From the NCBI GenBank assembly GCA_026025075.1, contig JAPEUI010000034.1, positions 62,001 through 126,000 on the forward strand: a stretch of 64,000 nt of DNA, read 5' to 3'. How positions within the stretch are numbered: position 1 is the stretch's first letter; each line of letters begins with the position of its first letter. A model generated the notes under the pieces. That model worked only from the letters and a program-made list of their open reading frames with translations, searched no databases and was not told where the DNA came from. Origin of the DNA: Vezdaea acicularis (lineage: Eukaryota). Shown in pieces: positions 50,553-61,800 of this stretch. A program made the position numbers and the translations under genes.

Positions 50553-53213
50553 CGCTACTAGTCTTCCCCGGGTTCTCGCTTAACACCACAACGTCGCTGC
50601 AACGGCGGGGCAGCCGAAAACCCTCCCGTTAAGCAGCGTGAGCAAGCATAGCTCAACCAGATTAGTCTAGAGTGCATTTAAATCAATATGAGAGATAGAA
50701 TAACATGTAGAGAACCACCTCCGCCAGTTTGGCGCATGCAGCTAGCTTATGTAATGCCAAAGTTGCGATTTCTAGCCATTTCCTCCTACCCCCTTAATCT
50801 ACTCAAGATCTTCTTATACCACGAGTATTCATGCGAAAGAGGACTGCAAACGTGCGTTCTGGGCTGCTATTACCCTCTTCTAATGACTTACGCACTGGTT
50901 CTTGCATTGGACTTGCGATTTGCGGCCTTGGTAAGAGGAGACTGCTCCATCCTCCTACTGGATGATCACCCTCTTCACCCCCTACACCATAAGTCAGCCA
51001 TCACACGTCCAATGGACCCAGAACTCGGACATACCACTATTTGAGTCATGCACTATCTTTTCCAAAAGCGTGGATATAATAGCTTTTTGCTTTAATCTTG
51101 AGACTTGCCCCTGAACCTGTTCCCCCCTTTTTTGTTGTTTACCCCTTTCCACTGCTTTAGCATGCTGTCTAGCAAGAGCACGGTCAATCTCGTCCCTATC
51201 CCACGTTATACCAACCTTATAAGGAGACGCTACAAGCCGTGTGCGTGATTTGACCCATCCTTGCTTGATCCTCAGCCGTTTTTTCAACATAGATGCCTCA
51301 TGATTCTTGATACTAGATTCAGCATCTGTGTCAGGGCACGGGGTATCCAGACACTGCAAGGACAAGGCGTCCTGATACGGGTTTATGATGAAAAGGTTGC
51401 ATTATTTCTATCTAGGAGGATACGCTATATATATGAGCCATCACGTGCCCGGTCACGACTGCCCGGTCAGGACAGTGCGGTAAGCGCTGTCCGTTGTAGG
51501 GCAGTCGCATGCCTTATAGCGCTGCCCCTATGGGCAGGCGCTATAAGGAGGCTGCGTCTGTTAGTATATAGCGTACCTGCTCCTGCTCCTATAGCCCATC
51601 TGCCCCTATCCCGCTGTCCCACAACAATCTGCCACTTGAGCTGCTTCAGCCAGCGCTTTCAGGATGATCTTTAGACGCTTGGGAGAGCTTTCCGTGTCTA
51701 TAAGTGCATGTCCTTGCGCTTCCAAACGTCATAGCTGGGATACTGTCTTTAGTAGATAGCTTAAGGGGTTTTCCTCTTCAGGAGGAGCCTCAGGGGTTTT
51801 GACCTTGTCTAACAACAGACGCCTATTGAAGGGTACTAAGCCGGCTTTACGCCATGCACTACGTATATTAGAGAGTGTATACGCCGCTTTTCTAGCGCTG
51901 TATAACAATGGTTCAAAGTTCTCCTTGTATAAAGCAATGTTGCCAGCCTTAGAGAAGTCATCCACTGCTTTACCATAGTAGTACTGTAAGGAACCAAAGA
52001 GGCCGACGTCTAATGGCTGTGTAAGATGTGTAGAATGAGCCGGAAGCTGTAATATAAGTATTCTATAATCCCATGCATACTCCAGAAACTTAAGGGTAAC
52101 ATGAGAATCATGGCCATCCAATATCAGACACCGCCATTGATCCGGATTGCTATATAAGTATTAGCTATGAACTAGATATAACTTTATAGACTTATGCGGG
52201 TCTAGTAGACGTCTCAAAGTGTCTTTCAAGCCATTCTTGTGCCAGCTCATAGCTCGTCCATCCGTTAGGGGTACAAGCAAACCTGGTCCTCTTTTCCCCT
52301 TTTCCAGGGATATATCTCCCTACCATATGATACTTGCCCTTCCAGACTATACATGCGGGAAGCATTTGTCCAGCGGCGGAAACAGCTTCTAAGACTGTTA
52401 TAAACTCGCGGCTAGCGTCAGTTGTCAGCTTGACTGCCTTGGTACTCCGTCTGCATATGACTTTGGCTTTTGATATATGACCCATTATGAACCCCTTTTC
52501 ATCCATATTCCATATATATTCAGGGGTCAGCTTATATTGGGCTATAAGCCGTTCATATTGATCTAAATGATGCGTTAAAACTCGTCTATTGGACGCTGCT
52601 TTGCGTGCTCTATCAAGTTGATCAGGGTACTTGAGTTGTATATCAGGATGTCTCTTGAGGAATCTGTCTACCCAATTGACGCCTATGACCGCAGTAGGAT
52701 GTGTGTTCCGGCGTAGAATAGCTTGTGCTTTAGCCCTTATAAGGTCCTTGCGTGCTGGCACTCCTTTGTCTTCCATCTCTGTGCAATATTTGACTAGGTA
52801 TGCCTCCTGAGCTGGGGTCAAGTTCTGGTTAGAGGCATGTGTTTCTGCATATGATTTGCGGCCCAGTATAGCACGATCATACAGGGTACGGTAAGGTATG
52901 GCATACCGCTTAGCGGCTTGAGCAACGGATGTGTGGTTGCCCTGCTGTATAGCTTTCAATGCAGCTTGTATAAGGGCTTCTTGGTTAGGTGGGAAAGAGT
53001 CAGCCATTTTGCGTTTTGGGACACTCATATTGCGTGGAAACTTGTGAACGAAATGGGGAAATCATTTATCTATGTACTCTACAGCTACGCCGCAAGTTTA
53101 AGCACCCGCACATGCATGCTGGTGGACATATATGTGGTTGACGGGCACCTTCGCGGGGCCGGAAACCCCATTCTCGGGCAGAAAAAGGTTAAGCGAGATG
53201 GCGGTGAGTAGCG
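50553..53213 (-). mobile_element. pogo/Fot1-like DDE transposon (pseudogenised) inserted in the 5' leader of the Tc1 element
   Basis: HTH_psq/CENP-B N-terminus, WNMDEKG, LILDGHDSH, TQPLDVG; intron 52150-52195 with donor mutated to ATAAGT; internal TGA at 51729; ends approximate (inverted tctcgcttaac at 50574 and 53188). Confidence 0.85.
51329..51626. mobile_element. Solo LTR family D nested in the pogo transposase 3' region
   Basis: TGTCAGGG...CCCACAACA termini; perfect TSD ATCTG at 51324-51328 and 51627-51631; transposase frame rejoins (AQVAD|AESSIK). Confidence 0.88.
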
Positions 53214-53338
53214 AGCAGGCGGTCAAGACGTCTACCCCACAAATCGCTAAAAACTTACGCAATTTTAGTATTCCGATACTTTTTTTAGCCGACTGTACAA
53301 TATGGATCAGTCTCGACACTAGGGGCGCATGTACGAGA

Positions 53339-54229
53339 ATGTTTAGACGGCTTGTTCTCAGCCTAATCGCAACGAGAAATTGCAGTAGAGTCACCAAGCA
53401 TGTGGTGTCATTGAAACCTAGTATTATTTCTAGATCTTTCCACATCGATCCGTCATATAGCAGCAATTGCGACTTCGGCAGCCCTTGCAACTGCACCGAG
53501 TATAGGGGAGACGCAAAAAGACTTCATTGTGACGTTTGCAAAGTCCGCCCTGCTGCGAATCAGTCTTCCGAACTGTCTCGCGATCGCAAAAGTATCTCAT
53601 CCTACACCTTTACCTCCTTCTGCGAACAGTGCTTCGAGAGGTACATAGAGGCAAAGAGAAAGAGGGAGCGGGAGAAAGAGCAGACGCTAGCATCACGCGA
53701 AAAGAGAATGGATAAGATGATGAATTATGTGAGGGAACTCCACTCAACGGAGCAAGTCCCCATCGGCTATGCTGTTGAGAAGCTTCAGAGCGATATAAGA
53801 TCGGTGAACACTCGCAACTCACAGCGGTGGTACCAGCGGCATCTTGTAGACTGCTTAGCCCAAGATCTACAAATTGTGAAAGTGTGGAACAGATATATGT
53901 GCAATAAACGGCGAGTTGATAGTATGGATTTTAGATTGTGGCTCTTCTATCGTCAGCCGGACATTGATGTTTGACACCCTCAACGAACTTCATGTGCAGA
54001 CTTAGGATCATTATTAGGCTTGAGCTACTCAGTCGATTCCCGGTTCTTGATGGACATACCATATAGATTGGACAAGGCTGTGGCAGCAAGCATTCGCAGA
54101 ACGCGTCTAGCAGAGGAGAAGCAAACGCATCTGTTGTACAAGCCGCAGCGCAGGACTGAAAACAAAGAGGGTCTGGTCCCGGCAATATCCGTAACGAATT
54201 CTTCCTTATACGGAGCTCTCGAAACATAA
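53339..54229 (+). pseudogene. Intronless Cys-rich orphan ORF with a mitochondrial-type presequence; internal TGA at 53972 (211 aa to the stop; 296 codons in total)
   Basis: MFRRLVLSLIATRNCSRVTKHVVSLKPSIISRSFH; CDFGSPCNC, CDVC and CEQC motifs; charged helix; frame stays open to 54229 after the TGA. Confidence 0.5.
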
Positions 54230-54718
54230 TTCCTTCATTCCTATCTCTTCATAAAGCCTTCAACCTCTTTCCAACATCGACACCATTACGCCCACCGCGT
54301 ACGCTATTCCTTGCCCTACTCTTCCTTTTGAGGCTAGGAAGGCTTTGGAGCATTTGCTCAAGGCCATCTTGGCTAGCTTCACGTTCGTAGTTGGAGCCGC
54401 GCCGCCTGCATATAAATAGAGCGGGCAGAGGTAGCAACCATGACGAAGTCACTTACACAGATGTTGCTACAAGACCCGAGATGGCGAAGTAGACAGCAAG
54501 CCGGAATGAGGGTTTGTAGTATTATTGGCAAGGGAATATGTTACTGGTGTAGTACACTATTTCGTGGAATGGAGTGATCAATGCGTGGCTACGAATTGGG
54601 CACCTTGATGGGATCCTTAACAGCCACTCCGACACGCCAGCTTCATGTCCATACATTCCAGTGTTATATTTTGCCCTTACATTATAGTCTGAGACTGGTC
54701 AATGAAAACCATTCCTAT

Positions 54719-57205
54719 TCATAGAGAGCCCCGCGCGACAGATATTCTCGACTTCTTCTTGTCCTTTTTGGACTTTCTATACTCACTGTCCGGAGCTTCT
54801 AGAGCTGGGGCAGGAGCAATAGTTACCTCCTCGATTGCAATCTCGCGCCCGGGTGTTTCAAGAGTTGAGCGCCCTACGGATTCGAATGAAAGTCTAGACG
54901 CCTCATCAGGGTCACTTGACGCATCGCTTGCGGAGTCATTGTTGAACTCGGAATCGGATTGAGTTGCGCCGTCATCTACATCTATCCAGGATATAAGCAA
55001 CTACTGAAATGGAACAAGCAGGGGCCTACCTCACCAAGGAGTCTAACGCCGATAAAGCGCTTACAGGTATCAGAGCCTTTGTTGAGGACGTCAAGCTGCT
55101 TGGTCAGTTGTTCACGCTGGGCACGGTTCTCCTCGGATTCACCAGCTATGCTCGTCACAAGCTCGGCTGACATAGCAGAGACAGCTACAGGTGTGAAGAT
55201 ATCGCCGAGTGGGAAGATAAGCTTCGCTTCGATTACTTCGATGGCAATGTCATCGATGAAACGTTTCAAAGCAACCTATACTCGCACGATAGGGTTAGCA
55301 AGGGAGATAATGGAAGTAGGGGCAGGATAGAAATGAAGAGTTGACCTTGTAATAAGCCTCCATACAATCCAAAGCTTCAGAACAGGCGAAGCGATTCATG
55401 TCTGGTTCTGTGCGTTGCTCCAAAGTAGTAACGAGTTGGCGGAGGTCATGGGTGCGATTACAATAATAACCAGTTTCAAGGGAAGAGACGCCAAAGAATT
55501 GCTTTATAATCTTAGAGTATTCATTCTGGTTACGTTCGTTACGAAGCTTCTGGAGGGTATCCGTGAAATAATGGTTGTACGTGATTGGATGGCTTTTTTG
55601 ATGGGGTGTTAGCAGCTCGGTGGTCTTCTCATGCAAAGTTTCCAAGAGCTGGTTCAGAGCAGGTTCGAAGATTTTTTGAAAGAGTGCTTTGGAGGTTGTA
55701 ACATCAGCGACGTAGGCGGCTGCAAGGGCAAGGAATTCTTTAACGGCCTTCCAAACTATGTCAACGTGGCCCCGAGCGATGGCTTCCCAAGGAGTTGATT
55801 GCTCTAAGAACAAATCCGACACGATCATGGGATTAAAGGTCCCTGGCAACTCTCGGCCCTTAGTCCTCTTCATCAGGTGCTGTATATGGTCAATGAATTT
55901 ATCTCTGGTGATAGGAGTTACGGCTTTCGAGATGTGACTTGTGTCTTTCGAATCGGTGATCTCGCGGCAGTGACCTCGTCTGGCAATGTTAGCCGCAAAG
56001 TCTAGGTTGAGGTTCTGCATCACAGCTCGTATGCGCTTTTGATAGCCGGGTTCGGATTTAGCATCTCCAAAGAATGGATCGTTATATGTACCATCCACAG
56101 CAGCTTTGACCAGAGATTGGAATAATTGACTTAAGTGGATTAAATAGAGCTGCTGCTCTGCCATGGTAGTTCGAGGGTCCCCAAGCTTATCCAACCGGCT
56201 GCGGCAAGCGCCTGACTTGAGTTCAATCTCATCAATCAAGCTGGGTAGCTCGGCAGCGATTTGTCCAAGCAGGACCTTGCTGAGCCTGCCTCGTAACCTG
56301 TCGACGCCTAAGAGCGACTGAGACATGTCTTCCCATACCCCTTGGGAAAAGAATTCCTCTTCCTTGACATCGCGATCCGCCAAAGACCACTCTCCTGTTT
56401 CGGAGTCCATGTTTTTCAACACATGCCACCCAAGACGGAACTCCACGTCCTGGTTTCTGGCAAGAGAGACGTACATGGCTTCACTCTCGGAACCTGCAAC
56501 TAGAGTATCAGGCTTCGTGATGACACCCAATGTCCGATTACCCTTTTTATCAGCTGCACGGGCAAGCTTCAACACAATCTGGTTCGCATAGTCATTCTTT
56601 GCCGAGACCACGGCAAGAATGATGCTTCTCGGTTCTTTCATATAGGATTGAACGACGTCCTGCACGAGCTCAACATCGGAAGCAGACTGCTGTTTTGTTT
56701 CGGAATGAATGAGTCCAGGTAGGTCCACAATTGTCAGGTGAGGCCGATCAGGACCCGAGACTTCAATTCGAAGGAGGTCTTTCGAGAAAGCTTTGCCATG
56801 GGTTGAGATTCCCATGGCCGCTTTTGCGTTCTCAATCAGATTTGGAAGCCCTTCGAAGCCCTCTAGCTCTTCATGAAAGCTGCTGAGGGCAAGTCGTTCA
56901 GACTCACTGCGAGCTTGATCCGGGACAATCGACACACTTACACCCATTTGCGTCGTCTTGCGGAGGACTAATTCTGTCGGAAATCGAGTGCTTAAGTTGC
57001 TTTTGACAGGAAAAGATACGCCAGAAATTGCCTCCAGCACAGAGCTCTTTCCAGATGATTGGTCGCCACATACAATAATCTGTGGCAATGAGACATAATG
57101 ACTAATACCTTGCGAACGGAGACAGTCTACAGCGTCCAGCAAGTCTAGTTGATCCTTGGAACCAAATCCGTTTAGGGCATCTGTCTCAAATGGTTTCAAA
57201 ACCAT
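54719..57205 (-). CDS. Dynamin-superfamily GTPase of the fungal Mx-like accessory type
   Basis: LPQIIVCGDQSSGKSSVLE (G1), TRFPTE (G2), VDLPG (G3), ITKPD (G4), GRELPG stalk, HPITYNHYF, AYYK|VALKRFIDD GED; two introns near the 3' end. Confidence 0.92.
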
Positions 57206-57823
57206 TTTGAATGTTGACAATTGAGGTAGACTTGGTGGAGGTAGAAATGAAAAGCGACAAAAGAAAGTGGGGGGATCAGAGATGATACGCAAAAGTTGCT
57301 GACGCAATAGCAATAGGGATACAGTCAAGCAGCCAAGCAGTCAAGGATGATCAGGCCTGTGACGAAGCGCGGCATTAACATGTGGAAATTATAGTGAGCA
57401 GACTGATTGGCAGCCTCATTTTGACATCTAACACAGCTTGCTGTTGAACCGGTTCAGTAGACAGGCTCTAATGCAAAGGTGTGGTAGCACAAGTTTGCTT
57501 ATTTCCTTTCTGATACCAAGAAGTGGTATCCAGGTTAGAAGTATGATTGGGTAGGATAATGCTGCAGCTCTGCCGGATGCATACTAGATGTATTGTGTGA
57601 GGTCCAAGACTATAGGAAGGGCTATCATTGGCTGCAAGCTGCACTGTGTGCTTTAGGGATATGTTCATGTTGCTCGATTGGGTCACCGACTCGGACGGCA
57701 AAGATATCTTCTCTTGTACTCCCACACCCGCTATAATCCTATTTAAGAGGCTCTAAACAAGATGTCTCGCTATCCTTTACCTTCTCGGTAAGGGATGCGC
57801 AGCAATTCAAATCACTCAGCAAT

Positions 57824-58098
57824 TGTAAAGATGTAGCGTACGAGCAGGGAGCGGCTAGGATCAATCCGGATAAGTGATGCGGGACGCAGTGGGCACGCAG
57901 TGGACACGCAGGAGGCACGCAATAGATGATAGAATAGTTTAGTAGTCAATGGTAAGTATCTATACGATTGAATACTAGGAAGCTATTCTCCAGCGCTTCC
58001 CCGCTTTCCTATATGACGGTGATCACGTGACGTATACCTAGCGCTTGCTAAGCGCAGTCGAGTCGCAGGCTAAGTCACGGGAAGGTAGGTTTGTGACA
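57824..58098 (-). mobile_element. Solo LTR related to family C (diverged, inverted)
   Basis: Reverse complement begins TGTCACAAA and shares gtcacgtgat, gcggggaagcgctg and 3' ctgct(c/t)gtacgc blocks with 49889-50150; no matching TSD. Confidence 0.7.
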
Positions 58099-58342
58099 CA
58101 TAATACATAAGATGATTAGTGCAATGCAAGGGCAATAAAATGAGCGTATGAGATCTTGGAATGAATTAATAGAAGAATAGAAATGGAATATAAGTAACAA
58201 GACTTTGCAATGAGCATTTTTAACAAAAAGATATCATAAAGGCAGAGCTTGTCAAAAAGAGTATATATCATTCAATAATTAGAAAAAAAAGAGAAGAATT
58301 TAGCTTAAATCATTTGAAATAGACTGATGAGCAATGGCACTA

Positions 58343-58754
58343 TGTAATAACTGTGCCAACTCCTAGCTTCTATGAAAATCTTTGGAATAAATAAAGAGTA
58401 AGGGAGCTATTTTTGCTTTAGCTTTACTTCTGCTTTGCCTAGCCTCTTAGCATCTAGCATACAGCCAGATAATTTTTAGATCACCTGACATAGACGAGTG
58501 TAGCTATCAGAGCTGCCGTTTTCTTTAAGATAGCTCTTTAGCAATCAATTCATCTATTCATCTGAATAATTAATAGGAAAGCATTCTTGCTTTGTTTTGT
58601 CTGACCCTTGTTTTGTTTTGTCTTATCTTGTCTTGCCTTGCTCTAGCTACTATCACTACACCTAATTTTTGTCTGCAAGTTCTTGAGTTCTTAGGAGTTA
58701 GTCCACACATCTACAAACCCTTGTCTTCTGACAAAACACTGGCCTGTCCTTATA
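58343..58754. mobile_element. Solo LTR family A, copy 3
   Basis: TGTAATAACT...CCTTATA (CA>TA); aligns with copies 1 and 2. Confidence 0.85.
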
Positions 58755-58867
58755 CAGCAAATTAAAAAGCGCAAATGCACAGATCCTCACAAATTGCGCA
58801 GGGCTATTGAGGAGGAGTGGAATAACATCACATACAAAGAAAATAACTTCTACATATCCAGCATACG
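58755..58867 (+). mobile_element. Fragment of a Tc1 transposase C-terminus (target of the Gypsy insertion)
   Basis: Translates IKKRKCTDPHKLRRAIEEEWNNITYKENNFYISSI. Confidence 0.6.
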
Positions 58868-61800
58868 TGTAAGACGCCGCGGTAGCTTTCTTGGCGGCCC
58901 GCCAGCGGAGCTAGGCGGGCTAAGCGAGATGAGCGCCGCGTAGGGCCTAGCCCAGGGGCAGCGCTGATTGAGCCTCTTACCTATATATGCCAATGGCGCT
59001 ACCCCAATGGCTCATCATCAAATAGTTTCCTACTATATGCCATAGCTAGATCGTACAAGATTTTATTATATCTATATGACCCCATTGTTTCTATATTGCC
59101 CCATATAATCGGGCAAATATCATTATATCCGCAGCATATCATTATATCTAGCTATCGTAGCTCACGTACGCCTAGCTGAGCGTACGCCCCCTTGCCGCAG
59201 GCAGGACGCAGACGTTGTACACCTGCCACGCTCTCAGGAAAAGGGCAGAGCTTGTACCCACCCTTACAATTCTATTCAATCTATCCTCAGGGAGAAAGCC
59301 CGGCAGACGTCGGCGGACACTCGATAAAAACGCGTAGCGGTACGCAGACATCAATACTAGACCCTACGATGGATACGGGGCATGGGAGCAATGCAACACT
59401 GGCTGGTGACCTGTCCCATGAGGATAGAGAGTCAGTAAGCCAGATCAAACCCATTGAACCGCCGAGTATGCGACAGAAGCACGGAAACAATGCTCTACGG
59501 AGCGGACGACACGTTGAATTGGATCCTGAGCTACAGGCCAAATGAGAAGTCAAAGAAGAGCTCAGACGCCGTCGGACTAGGGCCCAGGCTATCCTGGCTC
59601 GACAAGAAGAGCTCGAGAAGATAACCAGGCTCAAAGCTCGAGCAGCGGCAGCCTCTCAAGCGTACTGCCAGAAGGCTACCTACAAAGAAAAAGACAACTC
59701 TGAGGAAGACGACGATGTTGCGTCAATCACATCAAAGAGACGTCAACAGAATGAAAACGACTACGCAAGACGCCAATACGTCAAAGATATACCAGGGCGG
59801 AATTCAAGGCTACCCGTCAATCCGCCCCCTTACGAGGCAAAGACAATCCGCCAGCATACCAAATTCATCTGCGAATGCGAATCAAAGTTTGAGCTGGACC
59901 CCATAACATTCAGGGATGATTGATATCGCATTGTATGGGCTCAGCAGGCCCTCAAGAGCAATATATCAGATGCATAGGTCCGCCAGCGACAAACCGCAGG
60001 CGGCAACTTCTATACATGGGAGGAATTCTCTCAGTTCCTACTAGATCAGCTGCAGCCAGCAACGAGCAGATCCCGTAGTACCGCCATGCGGTACCACGAG
60101 GCAAACCAGGGGGTAAATCAGTCGGTCAGCTCCTTTGTCTCCATGCTAGACCAACTTGAGTTTGAGATGGAGCCATTTATGGAGAAGCAAAAGATGGACA
60201 TGATGATAGTGAGGACTTGACCAGAGTACCGCCGTCGTGTCGCCAAGTGTCGACCACTTCCTGCCACTAGGAACAAGCTGATCGATCTCCTTCGGACATT
60301 CAAGGAGAACGCCAAGTCAGAAAGGGCTGAGCGGGAGAAGACCAGGCGCGCTCCGGACGAGAGCACACGCCCTTGACTCCAGAAGAGCCTACCCCGTAGG
60401 GGGAAGCCGGAGCCAAAGGCTACGCTCACAAAACCCGCATGGAAGGGCGAAAGGCCGCCAGCGGGCCGGAGGCTGTTGAATGAGGTGACTTGCTACACCT
60501 ATAGCAAGAAGGGACACTATGCTTCCGATTGCCCAAGTGGCCCACAAGACTCGAGGCCAAGAAGCAAGAAGGCGGTAGCCAGTGTCTTTGATACGCCAAA
60601 ACCAAGGATAAAGGCTGCAAAATCGAGGCTCACTGTCAACGCGGATGTCAAGACCGCAAGGGAATGGCGAGCAGTGACTGCCTTCATCGATTCAGGGGCA
60701 GAGGTCAACCTCACATCCTAATTTCTTGTTAAGGAGGCAGCATGAGACGTCTCTAATGGGACGCTGACAACAGCACACAGCGTCGACGGAGCCAAAGTCA
60801 CCATATACAGCAAACCGCAGGTGGAGGTTTGGGTTGCCGATAAGAATCAGGAGAAGAGGACGGTTACGCAGACCTTCTGGGCATCCGACATAGAAGGATA
60901 CAATCTCATATTAGGATATCCGTGGTTGGAGCACTTCAATCCCAGGGTGGATTGGCAGATGAGCACATGGCAATACGCCAACGGCAACAACTCAGTCAAG
61001 CTCATCAGCCCGGAAGCTCTAGGGGCGCAAGTGGCTCGGGGAGAGCAAGCGTATGTTGTGTTTCCTAAAGAGCAGTTTGAACCCCTGGCGGCCCGTATAG
61101 AGGCAACAAAGGAAAAGAGGGTCCCAGAGGCATACAAGAAGTATGAGGACGTCTTCTCGGAAAAGGAGGCTGGTGAGCTGCCGCTATACCACGCCAGAGA
61201 ACACGCCATCGTCACGCAGGAGGATCCACCATGAATGCCCGTCTACAATCTCTTGGAAAGAGAGCTAGAAGTCCTTAGGGACTATCTCCAGGACGCCGAG
61301 GCTAAGGAGTGGATAAGAAGGTCCACAAGCCCCGCTGAGGCTCCGATACTATTTGTCCCCAAGAAGGACGGCAGCCTACGGCTCTGCGTCGACTATAGAG
61401 GGCTCAACAGGGTGACGGTCAAGAACCAACACCCTTTGCCCCTGATCAGCAAGACCCTTGACCGACTGTCAGGGGCTAAGATCTTCACAAAGCTGAATCT
61501 CAAGGATGCATATCATCGGATCCGCATCAAGGAAGGAGATGAATGGAAGACGGCGTTCCGTACGCGGTACGGTCACTGGGAGTATCAAGTCATGCCTTTC
61601 GGACTTGCTAATGCACCCGCAACCTTCCAAGCCTACATTAACAAGGTGCTATCCGACCTCCTAGATGTCTGCTGTGTCGTCTACTCAAACGATATTCAGC
61701 AGCACCGCCAGAACGTTGCCAACGTGCTGGCTAGACTACGCAAGTATAGCCTATTTGTCAAGCTATCAAAGTGCGAGTTCGACACGACCAAGGTTGGCTT

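Larger units (their letters stand above)
49196..53295 (-). mobile_element. Tc1-like DNA transposon relic, split by nested insertions and truncated by LTR-A copy 2
   Basis: TA + CAGTCGGCTAAAAAAAGTATCGG Tc1-type terminus at 53295-53297; transposase ATG 50500: MIAHRHMTSRKASAVLALVRHKVSYRTI...SGRPKCLSI|RDRRRLVR...ARRKPFLNHKHKNVRLAFAK; reading frame rejoins across the LTR-B target-site duplication. Confidence 0.8.

Noticed and set aside
50994..51365. Stand-alone 123-aa ORF
   Set aside because: C-terminal part of the pogo transposase separated by LTR D
51443..51470. tgcccggtca direct repeat as a pogo TIR
   Set aside because: Lies inside solo LTR D, as defined by its TSD
53132..53338. N-terminal 69 aa of the 280-aa ORF
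   Set aside because: Runs through the pogo and Tc1 termini; real start more likely ATG 53339
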